Positions 51,761-64,000 of a DNA stretch of 64,000 bases are shown here, piece by piece. The stretch spans positions 5,208,001-5,272,000 of the forward strand of contig NC_058368.1 of the NCBI RefSeq assembly GCF_018350175.1, read 5' to 3'. How positions within the stretch are numbered: position 1 is the first letter of the stretch; every line of letters starts with the position of its first letter. The translations under genes and the position numbers were made by a program. The notes under the pieces were generated by a model, which saw only the letters and a program-made list of their open reading frames with translations, had not been told where the DNA came from and made no database searches. This DNA comes from Felis catus. Its lineage: Eukaryota.

Positions 51761-52932
51761 TTGATTCACGGCTGGGATGGGGTTCATCTTGCTCTTGGCG
51801 GCTTTTGCACACACCTAGCCAGCGGTCCCCACCCTCCGCCCCCATCTCTTCCTCCAGCCCCTTCCACTCCCCTCCCCCGTCCCCCTGGAGCCTGACAGTC
51901 TCTACCTGCTTCCAATGGGGTCATGTGAATACAGCCTTTACCTTTCTCTTCCTGGGCTCTGTTCTGTGCTCAGGCTCTCTGGGAGCCCCGAGGAAGTTTT
52001 TATTATTGTGGCCCTGACAAAAATGAGGTCTCTTATCTTTTCATCCCTGGGTTCCCTTCCAAGAATTCCTCCTAGTCCTGTTTCGAGCTAAATGAGAGCT
52101 CTCCTTACCGATTTGCAGACCATAATGTAGGGAAGTGCTTTCTAAAGGACTCCCACAGGACACAAGGACTCGCACTCAGCCCTAAGTGGTCCCCAACATT
52201 GGTTATGAGGTACTTATATGCTGGGAAACTTTGTGCGGAGTTAGCTTTCATCCCTCCTTCTGCTAACATTTAAGTGTCTGCTTTTTGCTGGCTACCGTCT
52301 CGGATGCTTTAGCTGGACTTGGTTAAGGAATCCTCAGAACCTCTTAAAGAACGTTACCTTCACACTAAGAAACGGAGATGTTAAATAACGTCCCTGTGCT
52401 CACATGGCGTCTAACTAGCACAGCTGCAAATAGCACCCACCTTCTCAATGAAAGCTGAAGTTCTTTCAGCTGTGCGAAGCCTTATCTTTAGGCATGGGTG
52501 TTGGCAGGTGTTTTACATTTCATTAAACTTTCAGACGTAGACAACTTTATACGCGTGACTTCAGAGGATGTGGTTCTGTGAATGGCTCAGAACACCATGC
52601 ACAGGTATAGAGAGGTTAACTGATCAGGTTACACATAGATTATTGACGAGCTTGAATTGCAACCCAGTGTTTCTCGAAAGCTCTGGTGAAACTTCGTTGC
52701 GCGCTTAAATACTCGGCAGCAGCACCAGCCCTTACGCAGGCTGCTTAGCCGGACATCCCTGTTGAAAAAGGTTTGGCCGTTGGGCATGACTGTAGCTTGA
52801 TAGAGTTTGTGGTAGAATAATGGCGCATGTTATATGGAGGTGACCCCTCCATTGATTAAGGGACTGTTAGGTTGTTTGGGGCTAGATTATTAGCGTTAGC
52901 TTATTAGTGTTAGGCTTTATTTTGGGTTTACA

Positions 52933-53432
52933 AAACAGATGAACATAGGGGAAGGGAAGGAAAAATAAGATAAAAAGACGGAGACAGGGGCACCTGGGTG
53001 GCTCAGTCGGTTGAGCGTCCGACTTTGGCTCAGGTCACGATCTCATGGTTCACGGGTTTGAGCTCCGCATCAGGCCCTGTGCTGACAGCTCGGAGCCTGG
53101 AGTCTGCTTCGGATTCTGTGTCTCCCTCTCTCTCTGCCCCTCCCCTGCTCGCACTCTGTCCCTCTCAAAAAATAAGCAGACCTTAAAAAAAAATTAAAAA
53201 AAAAAGAGGAGGCAAACCATAAGAGACTCTTAAATACAGAGGACACGTTGAGGGTTGCTGGGGGGTGTGTTGGGGGGGGTGATGGGCTAAATGGGTGATG
53301 GGCATTAAGGAGGGCACTTATTGGGGTGAGCACTGGGTATTAAGTGTCAGTGGTGAATCACTAAATACTACTCCTGAAATCATTATTACACTATATGTTA
53401 ACTAACTTGGATTTAAATAAAAATTTTAAAAA
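52933..53432 (+). mobile_element. Carnivore L1 3' UTR fragment (L1_Carn/L1_Fc-like) interrupted by a SINE
   Basis: aacagatgaacataggggaagggaaggaaaaataagataaaa / gaggcaaaccataagagactcttaaatacagag...tactcctgaaatcattattacactatatgttaactaacttggatttaaataaaa. Confidence 0.88.
52987..53204 (+). mobile_element. CanSINE inserted in L1 3' UTR
   Basis: Full head/body/tail. Confidence 0.93.
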
Positions 53433-53544
53433 ATTGGAACAAAAAATGACCATTGGGACATACTCTTCATTTAAAAACGTAGCCTAGAGGAATAGCTGAG
53501 ATCCCGATAAGAATGAGCAGGCTCGGTTTAAAAATGCAGAGCGT

Positions 53545-54245
53545 CCACCACAGTGAGTTTTTGCTTCCCAAACTCACACGCTCTAATCAAAAAGACGACA
53601 AGCGTTGGGTGTTGGTAAGGACGTGGTGAAATTGGACCCCTCCCTACATTGATGATGGGCATGAACGGTGGTACAGCTGCTTTGGAAAGCAGTTTGGCAA
53701 TTCCTCAAAAGGTTAATGCAAAATTACCATGTGACCCACCAATCCTCCTAGGTATGTCTACCCAAGGGCAATGAAAAACTGTGCACACAAAAACATGTGC
53801 ACAAATGATCATAGCAGCGTGATCCTAACAGCTCCAAAGTGCAACAACCCAAATGTCGGTCAACTGGTGAATGAATAAACAAGATGCGGTCTATCCGTAT
53901 AATGGAATACTGTTGGCCGGGGAAAGGAATGAACTACATTACCTGCTACGATATGGGATGAGACTTAAATATGATGTTAAATGAAAGAAGCCTGTCCCAG
54001 AAGTCCTCATTCCACTTACAGGAGATGTCTAGAGGGGAAATCTATTGAGACCTGGATTAGTGATCCCTAGGACGAGGGAAGAGGTTGAGAAACGGGAGTG
54101 ACTGCTAATGTACATGGGGTTTCGTTTGGGGGTGATTACACAACTCTGAGAATATACTTGAAACCGTTTGGAATCCTGCATTGCCAATATAGTTGCATTT
54201 CTTCATACCTTATATATGTTTCCATTCAGTTACTTTTAAAAAGAT
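53545..54245 (+). mobile_element. Old L1M 3' fragment
   Basis: gtgttggtaaggacgtggtgaaattgg...ggtacagctgctttggaaagcagtttggcaattcctcaaaaggtta...gagtgactgctaatg. Confidence 0.85.
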
Positions 54246-54334
54246 GGAAAGATTACTTAAATATGTTCTATTTTTTTTCTTCTTTGCTTGATTTTGAGGC
54301 TCGAGATCTATATTTCACTATGCTACACACTTTA

Positions 54335-54561
54335 TTTTTTTTTTTTAATTTTTTTTCAACGTTTATTTATTTTTGGGACAGAGAGAGACAGAGCATGAAC
54401 GGGGGAGGGGCAGAGAGAGAGGGAGGGAGACAGAATCGGAAACAGGCTCCAGGCTCTGAGCCATCAGCCCAGAGCCTGACGTGGGGCTCGAACTCACGGA
54501 CCTCGAGATCGTGACCTGGCTGAAGTCAGACGCTTAACCGACTGTACCACCCAGGCACCCC
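54335..54561 (-). mobile_element. CanSINE, young SINEC_Fc copy
   Basis: Perfect TSD tatgctacacacttta at 54319-54334 and 54562-54577. Confidence 0.95.
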
Positions 54562-54783
54562 TATGCTACACACTTTAAGCAGTGAATGTGTTAGGCCCCA
54601 AAATATATACTATATAAGGATGTCGAATTGAAGAATTCTTAAATCTTAGGATGTTTTCAAGTAGTATTTTTGCTTAGTTTTTCTTGATTTCTTGGGCTCT
54701 GGTATCCATTTAAGCATGCTTAAAGTTGGGAAACTAAGGGTCTTGATATTTGTTTAAACTTCCTATTATATGGAAGAGGATTT

Positions 54784-54998
54784 AAAAAAAATTTTTTTTT
54801 ACATTTATTTATTTTTGAGAGACGGCACTAGTGGGGGAGGGGCAGAGAGAGGAGGAGACACAGAATCCGAAGCAGGCTCCAGGCTTTGAGCTTCGAGCTG
54901 TCCGCACGGAGCCTGACGCTGGCTCAAACTCACAAGCCTTGAGATCATGACCTGAGCGGAAGTCGGACGCTTAACCGACCGAGTCACCCAAGCGCCTC
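54784..54998 (-). mobile_element. CanSINE
   Basis: Reverse element; TSD-like tggaaga. Confidence 0.9.
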
Positions 54999-56616
54999 TG
55001 GAAGATGAAGATTTTTAAGAGCTTTGGTAATGTGGATTCACTACTTGTTCCGTAATCAAGATGCAAAGCTATCCTTGGAGGCTGATCTTACCAGATTTTT
55101 CAAGCGGCTACCCGTTGTACAGTTTCATTTGTACTTTTGGGGGTAGAAGGAGCTGTAAGTATGGGAATATACACTTGGGGTTGGTTAGGAATAAAATAGG
55201 TACCAACTCTTCTATTTAAAGTCTTGTAGAAGAATGTCATTGCATTAGTTGAAATAAATCCCATCGAATATTAAAAATCGTACAGTTTGAGTTCATGGCT
55301 TCTATTGGGAACGCAGATTTCAGAAAACACTGAATAGGGTCTAAGAAATTAAAATATGGCCCTTGCTGTTCTGTAAAACGGCTTTTGAGTATTTGTTTCG
55401 CCTCAAGTCTATATTTAGGGGAATTGGTAATGTGACCTCTAGTTCATCGAGGGACTGTCTATAAAACTTTTTGCCATTAAAGCTTAAGGATTTTACAAAA
55501 TGTTGAGCCACATTATTTTAGCACTTTAATGTTGCTGGAGTCGTCTTATAAAAATCCTTAATTCTTTAAGGCTTTTTATCTTGGCCATGAAAGTTTGCTA
55601 AAAGTCGATAAAACTGTTGAAAGGAATATTTTCATAAAAGGGGGTTGAAAAAGGATTTTTTTCTTAATCTTTCTTGAGAAAGGGTTTTAACTTTTTTGGG
55701 GGGTGAGGAGGCAGGGGTGTGGAGTATTCATTACTGATTACTTGCTTCCAAATCAGTGTTTGTAAAAGAGCCCAGGTAGGACAGGTGAGACTCATGCTAG
55801 CCCATGAGTCCAGGGTACTGATTTTGTGGCTGTTACATAGACCTCAGGAGGCTGGTGTTCCCACTGACCTTCCCCACCGCACGCCCTTTATGACTCAGAG
55901 TGGAGAACTGATCATGGAGTGAACTGATCACGGCTGTGTCTCTGTGACTGTCTTTATGGCCCCCTGGCATTTTGATTTCAGAAAAGAGTTCCGAGTTTGC
56001 TAAAGAGGGATGTGGCTGTTGGGCATTGGGGAAGGTTGGTGAGGGGCTGCATGGTACAATTCAGGACAGACCTTGAAAGTCTAGAGTTAATGTTTCAACT
56101 AGTATATCCAAGAAAGAGACTGGGCCTGCTGAACACACAGGTAAGGTCACTGCTGGAGTTGACTGTGGCCCTGGCACCCCTGGGGGATATGCCAGACATG
56201 GTAACTCCAAATTCCAAGCAGTTCCTTGAAGTTCTGGGAGGATCTGCACCATATCGGTAGAAGGCTCTCTAAACCTTATTATTCTCCATACTGAAAATAA
56301 TGCCAGTGATTGATTTAAAGCTATGGTAGCCTGAAGTTTCCATTGTTGAGGCCAGTGAATTTGGATTCTTAGAATTATGAGGAAATAGGACATGGTCTTT
56401 TTCTCCTAAGCATTGCTTTTCCTAGGGCCTTAGTTATGAAGACCGTACTGCTTCACCTTCTAGAAATGAGTAGTAGTTAATGGAATATTGCAAGGTTCAC
56501 ACACACTTACATATGTAGGATTGTATATATATATACACACACACATACATATATATATATCCACCTAACAAGATCCCTTTTTTTCTGGTGTACAATCTCC
56601 TTTTAAATATTTTAAT

Positions 56617-56663
56617 TTTTTTTTACTTTAGGGAGAATGTGAGCAGGGGTGGGGAGGAGGGGG

Positions 56664-56697
<34 letters not shown>

Positions 56698-56863
56698 GAG
56701 GGGGAGGGAGAGAGAGAATGAATGAATGAATGAATGAATCCCAAACAGGCTTCACGCTCAGCGTGTAGCCCCACTTAGGGTTTGATCCCACAACACCTGG
56801 GATCATGACTTGAGCTGAAATCAAGAGTCAGATGCTTAACCAACTGAGCCACCCAGGCACCCG
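56617..56863 (-). mobile_element. CanSINE, older subfamily with (GA)n/(GAAT)n
   Basis: TSD ttttaaatatttt. Confidence 0.9.
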
Positions 56864-56869
56864 CCTCAT

Positions 56870-57085
56870 TTTAAATATTTTAATAGCTTTATTGGGATAT
56901 ATTTTACATCCCATATAATTTGTCTACCTAAAGTATATAATTCAGTGGTTTTTAGTATATTTAGAGTTGTACCACCATCACCACATCCATTACGGTTTCC
57001 TCCCCCTGGTCCTGAACAACCACTCATTTCCCCTCTCTGTAGATTTTCTTCTGGACATTTCGTATGAATGATATCATTGCCTCTT
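56870..57085 (-). mobile_element. L1MB-like 3' fragment
   Basis: taatagctttattgggatata...aagtatataattcagtggtttttagtatatttagagttgt. Confidence 0.8.
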
Positions 57086-57601
57086 AGGTGTTTTAACTGA
57101 AATATTAAATGCTTATAGAAAGTTTGCTACTTAGAACAACCTGGTGGTGAAGCTTTAATTTTGTAAATCTAAACTCTCAAAAATGTTGAAAGTTAAACAT
57201 TTTTTTCCAGAAAATACCCTGAAATTTGCTGGTCATTTGGATCACTTTGCTGAGCAAATGGATGCAATCAAGTTCAGGTGTATGCCGTCTTTTCGTGGGA
57301 TTATCAGCACGCCATTTGTACTAGGTTCAAGGCTACGAGGGAGTTTGAAATGAGGTCTTCAAAGCAAGTTAGGAATGTTTACAGATATTGTGTTTTGAAT
57401 GAGTCATTTCAGGTGGGAGTTCCAGCTAACAAAAATCTTCATTAAAGCAATAACTTAGCTTGGTCAAGCTATCGCATTTCTTCTTGGTTTGTCTTAAAGG
57501 AAAACTGCTTAATATTGCTTTTGCCAAGAGAGGTTTAAACTAGAATTTTGCCTTGCTAGAAAAAGGGACGCCCTTAAGCTGCTTAAAATGTAACAGAAAC
57601 A

Positions 57602-57820
57602 GGGGCACCTGGGTGGCTCAGTCGGTTGAGCATCCGACTTCGGCTCAGGTCATGATCCCACGGCTTGTGAGTTCGAGCCCCGCGTTGGGCTCTGTGCCGA
57701 CAGCTTGGAGCCTGGAACCTGCTTCGGATTCTGTGTCTCCTTCTCTCTCTGCCCCTCCCCCACTTGTGCTCTGTCTCGCTCTGTCTATTGAAAATAAATG
57801 TAAAAAAAAAAAAAAAAAAA
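57602..57820 (+). mobile_element. CanSINE
   Basis: TSD aatgtaaca. Confidence 0.94.
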
Positions 57821-58739
57821 CCAATGTAACAAACAATACGACGTTCCTGGTAAGAATCATAATTGCCTTTTACTCATGTAAAGAAGATTGTTTGAAAAAC
57901 CAAAGTTGACAAATCTGATTTGGGAGTGCTTTTGTCAAGTTTGGCCAAGGTAAAATGTATAAAAATCCTCATCGAGAAAATTTGGTAAAAGCACGTGTGT
58001 TACCTACCTTGAAATGGCTTCAAGATGTTCTATGTATGCTGCTGTTACTGAGCTATTTGTATATTTTTACTTTGTATATATTGAAGATGTGCAACATGAT
58101 TTGACGTACATATACATAGTGAAGTGATTAGTCAAGTTAATATCCTCTCCTCACTCAGTCGTTTCTTTTTGGCTTAGAGGTGGATATACTTGATTATTCT
58201 CCAAACCACGCACTGTAGTTTCTGCACGTGAATGTCACAGCGTGTTGAGAGTCCTTAATTTGTACATACCAGCAGCCACGAATGCCGTAGAAGGTTCTTG
58301 TAATTAGGACGTTATCAGGTTTTCCACCCTTGGACGAGGCTTTTAAGGCATGGCGCAGATGAAAATATTCGAACTGGGGGACTCTTTTAGCGCTGTCTTT
58401 CAGGTAGCTATTGAGAGCATTAGCTTTCTTGAAATGTATTTTTAGAAACAAAAGCATGTCAGCCTCGGGCTAGTTTTGTGATGTTTTGATGTTTCTAAGG
58501 AAACAGCAAATGTCTAGGAGAACAGGCTCACGGTGATCTATCAAGTGGACCCTTGTATGGGTGGATGAGGAGTATATCTTGAATTCCATCAAAGTCCCAT
58601 CTGTGCCATTGTCATTGATGAAAATGGGTAAAGGCATTTAGTCTGAGAGTTTCAGTAACCTATTTCCCTTCTTCCCTATTTCCCAATTTTATTAAACCTT
58701 CCTGTCTTCTTTGAGCTTGTAAGTGTTTCTGATTCTAGC

Positions 58740-59110
58740 TGATAAAAAGAATTGAGCATCAAGATTTGTGAAAAACAAGTTAAAACTGAACCAGAATTAG
58801 AGGAGACTGAGGACCTAGGACAACTAAATGTGGTATGAGCTCTGAATCGGATCTTGGAACAGAAAAAGCGCATTGGTGGGAAAACCGAACTTTGAATAAA
58901 CGATGTAGCCAGACTAGTACTGTGCCAATGTTATTTTCATATTTACTGTAGTAATTTCTTTGAGCTAGTTGTCATCCAATATTATTAGTTTTGATCCTTG
59001 TGCAATGGTCGTGTCAACATCGTGGGGAAATTGGGTGAAGGGTATATGGTAACTCTTTGTGCTAATTTTGCAACCCTTCTGTAAAGACAAACTTCTCTCA
59101 AAGTATTGGA
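58740..59110 (+). mobile_element. L1MC-like 3' fragment
   Basis: gactgaggacctaggacaactaaatgtggtatg...tcttggaacagaaaaag...ggggaaattgggtgaagggtatatggtaactctttgtgcta. Confidence 0.75.
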
Positions 59111-59119
59111 AAAAACTAT

Positions 59120-59331
59120 GGGGCGCCTGGGTGGCTTGGTCGGTTAAGCATCCGACTTCGGCTCAGGTCATGATCTCACGGTCCGTGAGTGCGAGCCCCG
59201 CGTTGGGCTCTGTGCTGACAGCTCAGAGCCTGGAGCCTGTTTCGGATTCTGTGTCTCCCTTTCTCTCTGCCCCTCCCCTGTTCAAGCTCTGTCTCTCTCT
59301 CTCAAAAATAAATAAACGTTTAAAAAAAATA
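59120..59331 (+). mobile_element. CanSINE
   Basis: TSD tattgg[a/c]aaaaacta. Confidence 0.95.
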
Positions 59332-60514
59332 TATTGGCAAAAACTAGCAGAAGTGTCTGGGAGAGTAGGAACTGAAAACTATACCCCTGTCTTTGTGTTG
59401 GTGCTTTGGGAAATGTTGAGTTCCTTTATTGGAGACAGACATGGTTTTGAATGGATGATGGTCAGAAGAGAGAGACCGGACCCATCTCTTGACCTGTTTG
59501 TTGTGCTAATCGGATGGGAGAACACTCACTTCCTGGGTGTCAAACAACATTTCCTTAGACGGCAACACGGAGAGTCTGTTGGCATAACAGCTGACCCACT
59601 TGTACAGAACTTGAAAAGTCGGTAGCAGAGTGAATGCAGAAAACTCTGTGGTCAGAGTTTAGTCATGTGAGATTTTGTGTAGTTCTCTAGAAAGTAGCCT
59701 CTAAGTGTTTATTCCACTTACGGCTGAGTCACTCAATGGACAGCAAAAGCTTACTCAGAAATGCTAATCAGCATCCCTTTGAAGAGGGACAATGCTTACA
59801 GAGAACAAAAGGAGAGGTCTGACCATTGTTGGGGTCAGACATGCAGTGATGTTTTACAAAGAAATTTCCTGAAATCCATGACGTTGAGTTTGATCATTTA
59901 AATGCTGATCTACCCTTTTCTCTTAAAGCTGGCTCTTCAAAACTCGAATCACCGGTTTTTAGCTACCCTTACTGTTTTATATTACACACAGTTAGGAAAG
60001 GATTTGGGGTTAGGTTGGGATGATGTTGGTCAGTCTGAGGATTATTCTATATGTCTTCCGTATTTGTTACATAGACGGTCACTGGGAAGGCTACTCTCAA
60101 AGAGTGTTGGCTGGTTTCAGTTTCAGAACAGCCTGAGACCAGATAATCCACTTGAGAGCGGGCTTTGTGCTCTCATAGAAGTCTCAGATTTAGGCCCGTG
60201 GTCTCCTGTTTTGATCACATGTCCCATTGGTAAAACCCTACCATGAACGTTTGATATGTACATTTAAGTATCTGTGTATATGTTACTGTCGTTAGTTATT
60301 ATCTCAAGACGCAACATGTACTTACCAAGGTTCTCGGTTAAGAGTTATGGATGTAAATCCATGTTAATAATGATTATCTTGAATATTTTTGGGTAACTTA
60401 ATCCAATTTGATTAAATCATCCTAATGTTGAACTTAGTAAGATAGATTGAAGGGCTTTTGTAAGGAAGAGAAGTGTCAATTCAGTTTTTTTCCTTGTCGT
60501 TTGCTTACTTTCTT

Positions 60515-60721
60515 TAAAAAAATTTTTTTAATGTTTATTTACTTTTGAGAGAGAAAGCACAAGCAGGGGAGGGGCAGAGAGAGAGGGAGACACGGAATCC
60601 AAAGCAGGCTCCAGGCTCTGAGGTGTCTACACAGAACCTGACATGGGGCTCGAACTCACAAACAAGATCATGACCTGAGCTGAAGTCAGATGCTCCACCA
60701 AGTGACCCACCCAGGTGCCCC
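60515..60721 (-). mobile_element. CanSINE
   Basis: TSD gcttactttctt. Confidence 0.92.
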
Positions 60722-60911
60722 GCTTACTTTCTTGCTTTCAGTCTGTGGTTTGTTTCATTACGGGATTCTTAAGCCACTTATTCGTCTTGGGAGGTTTAGT
60801 TGAGTTGGAATTAGATATATTACTCCATGAATGCCCCTAACTGGACACAGAAACTGAAATATGTAGTGATAAGCAGAATGAACAGATGATGGGAAGGGGT
60901 GCCACTGTCAC

Positions 60912-61286
60912 TCGTCAGTCCTCTCAGGCCGCCATGAATATACATAACCGAGGTGGCTTAGCATTCTCTCACCCTAAGTGTTATTTTTCCTGTATATTAA
61001 GAGGCTGGAAGTCCAAGACCATTAATGGCAGCAGGGTCAGGTTCTGGTGCAGACCCTCTTCCTGACTTGCAGACAGTGCTGCCTTGTTTTGTCCTCACAT
61101 GGTGAAGCAAGAGACCCAACTCTCTGGTGTCCATTCTTATAAGGGTACCAAGCTGTACGAACCCCACTCTCATGACCTCATCTCGGCTTTATCACCTCAC
61201 AGAGACCCCTGTCTCCGAGTATCCTCATACTGGGGGTTAGGGCTTCAACATACCAATTTTCACGGGACCCAGTCTAGTCCATTGCA
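60912..61286 (-). mobile_element. MLT1A-like ERVL-MaLR solo LTR
   Basis: gaggctggaagtccaaga...ggttctggtg...ctcttcctgacttgcagac...tgtcctcacatgg...tcttataagggtacc...ctcatgacctcatct...gggggttagggcttcaacata. Confidence 0.85.
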
Positions 61287-62708
61287 CTCCTTACCCTTCA
61301 TCTCCCCCTTTAGGGAGCTTTCCCTCAAACCTTGTTACATAGGACCAGGTGGGGACACCGGTGCCAATCCACTCAACAAACGTTATTAAATCAAATGGTT
61401 GGGAGTGCATCTACATAGAAGCTGGTGACCTCTTCCCACCCTCTGCTTTGGAGCCACCAGCTTTCGGCTGTCTTCTCTTCTTTGGAGAAACCTATCTGGT
61501 CTGACCCATTCCGGTTTTGACTTCAGACCTCAGCAACCCTGAGACCGATCACATCAATGGGACTTCGCGCCATTTCTAACCCTGCATTTGATCTATACCA
61601 GCAATGCACTTCGGTCCCCTTTTATGAAGTGTGGTGAATTGGGGCCGGGTGGTTGGCCGCACTTCAGAGCGAGGCAGGCAGCCGAATGGGGGAAAGATCA
61701 GTGAGCTGGGTTGGAAGAGGAGTTAGAGCTCAGCCCGAGAGATCAGGTGTGGTTCGCGTGGGGAGGCATCCTTGGCATGGGGAACGGCACAGGTGAAGGT
61801 GCAGAGGAGCAGGAAAGCTGAGCGTGTGTCTTTCCAGCAAGGATGTGGAAGAAATCGGGGATGATGGATGATCTGTGCGTTGGGTGTAACCAGGAGAAGC
61901 TTTCAAAGACGCAAGTAACAGCGTTATGTTGTTGGAGAACCTTCCAGCACGCTCTGATGTTTAGAGTGGAGTTTAGCTGTTGTAATTTCCTGAGGTGAGG
62001 TGTGGGGCTACAGGATCATGGAAGCACAAGTCACCAGGGGCGATCAGAGGGGAGGTCGCGAGTGGGTGGAGGGATAGATAAGCATGGTCCTTAGTTAGGG
62101 TCCAATTTTGGGGACAGAGAAGGTAGTGGCACTATTTCTTCTATTCCCAAGGATTCTTTTAAAACTCTATTGAATGCTGGGTTAGAGCAAGGTCCTTGAC
62201 CTCAAAATAGCACAAACTTCCTTCTACCTCAGTACTACCCTACCCCCCAGGGGCTCAGAGGTGTAGGGGTGCCTCTGTTGGCTGAGTCGTGAAGGCGTGG
62301 AGCTCTTTGTCCCCCTCTTCCAGCAACTCTACTAGGAAGTTGCTCCAGCTGTTGTCAGCTCTTCCTCTACCTTGAGATACGTTCTGTTCCAAGATATTTG
62401 GCTCAGTAAGTGGGAACTATAATAATGTGCCTTGTATGTTGGTAGGAATTTGATGGCAGTACGTATGTAACCCAAGGTATGGTATTTGGTATAGTGTCCA
62501 AAGAGTGGCTGAAAGTCCAGGCTGGTTATTATTCACGTTCTCTTCTGCCAGGTGTATTGCTTACTCTCCGATTATTTGAGGCCTAGAACATTCAGTTGAT
62601 GAGCTATGGGTGAGGGGTGAGGAAAGGAAAGTGTATTTGAGTACTACCCTGGGCAAAGGACAGAGAGTACCTGGACAGTAAATAGGCAGGTTAAAGAATA
62701 GCAAGGTA

Positions 62709-62938
62709 GGGGTACCTGGGTGGCTCAGTCAGTTGAGCATCCACCTTCAGCTCCAGTCTTAATCTCACACTTTGGCTCAGGTCATGATCTCGTGTTCTGT
62801 GAGTTCGAGCCCCGCATCAGGCTCCCTGCTGTCAGTGCAGAGCCCGCTTAGGATCCTCTGTCCCCTTTGCTCTCGGCTCCTCTCCCACTCACGCTCTCTC
62901 CCTCTCAAAAATAAACATAAAAAAAAAACCAACCAAAC
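62709..62938 (+). mobile_element. CanSINE with internal duplication
   Basis: TSD aa[t/c]agcaaggtag. Confidence 0.92.
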
Positions 62939-63898
62939 AAACAGCAAGGTAGATTTTGCATGTTAGGGGTTTTTGTATGTTTTTCCTATATTTTTCTGCA
63001 ACTTCTACAGGCAAGCGTGCTGTCCCGAGAGCGTAAGACCGGGCTGAGAGGTGTTCAAGTGTGCGTGTGTGTATCATTGTAGCTTCAAGAAATTGGCGCC
63101 TGCGTTTGGCGGTGTTGAGAGAACAGGGTCCCGTGTAAGTTCACGTTAAAGTCACTGTGACCTCCTCCTGCAACCAAATACCAGTGAAGGTTCTTGACTA
63201 CGGGACGGTGAAAACCTTAAACCTGGTCCAAATGGAGAAGTAGAAATGTTCTGAGTTACGAATGTAGAATCTGTAGCGCTCTCTCCTTCCCTCTTTTGTC
63301 CCTCCTTCCTTCCTTTTTCCCTTCCTTGTTCTGGACAGTCAGCTTTTCAGCCATTTGGACTCTGCTTTGACCATCCCTAAGGAATACTGTGCATGATGTT
63401 TAACTTGAATACTTAATTGTAGATTGAATTATTACATAAAGGAGTGTTCTTATCCTATCAAAAATACGACTCCTTTGTTTCTATTCCGGTAAAAGGTGTG
63501 GAGGTCTTGAAAGCATTACTGTCTAGCATATGAAATGTGTTACAAAACCCTGACGATTTAAAAATAGAGCTCTTTATTTTCAGACCGTAAGGTTATTTGC
63601 TGAGTAGTATCATAATTACTTCCCCAGTATTCCATCTTTGTTAAAACTGCCTCATATTAATTTTTAATGTTCCCTTTACAAATTAGAGTTCCTCAATCAT
63701 CCCAGTGTTGACGTATCGGTAAATTGAATTATTTTATAGAATGACTGTGCCAGGGGCAGACGGAAACACTCACTTCTCTCAGTCTTACTGTTTTGCCTGC
63801 TACCTCTTTCTGGTTTTATTGCCACTTGTATTTTTAGAAAGTTTGTTCACTACATAGGCTTAGACATTACAAGAGAAATAATTTTATTATTTTAAAAA

Positions 63899-64000
63899 TC
63901 CTATTTTTTGAACGTTTGTCCATTTTTGAGAGAGCATGAGCAGGGGAGGGGCAGAGAGAGAGGGGGACACAGAATCTGAAGTAGGATCCAGGCTCTGAGC
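63899..64000 (-). mobile_element. CanSINE, partial at window end
   Basis: gagagcatgagcaggggaggggcagagagag...cacagaatctgaag...ggctctgagc. Confidence 0.9.

Overview
This is felid (cat-family) genomic DNA, judged from about 41 tRNA-derived CanSINEs of the SINEC_Fc type. It lies inside the P4-ATPase flippase gene ATP8A2 on the + strand. The only coding sequence I can support is a 145-bp exon (51583-51727, ...[48 protein letters not shown]). It sits in a CpG island that looks like an internal promoter for the shorter MSRATSV-initiated isoform. The rest is intron (intron 1 upstream, intron 2 downstream), filled with SINEs, old L1/L2/MIR remnants, hAT MER elements, two LTRs and microsatellites. Nearly all ORFs in the supplied track are SINE-derived or chance ORFs. 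I found no convincing new biological system. The best leads are: (i) the hybrid internal/first exon with an overlapping out-of-frame ATG; (ii) a local zone (~22.4-27.5 kb) where repeats show strongly AT-to-GC biased substitutions, suggesting a recombination/GC-biased gene conversion hotspot; (iii) a ~1.9-kb L2/MIR-bearing block that splits an otherwise collinear old L1; (iv) SINEs repeatedly reusing the same target site and forming tight inverted pairs. Repeat family names come from recalled consensus sequences, and their boundaries are approximate.
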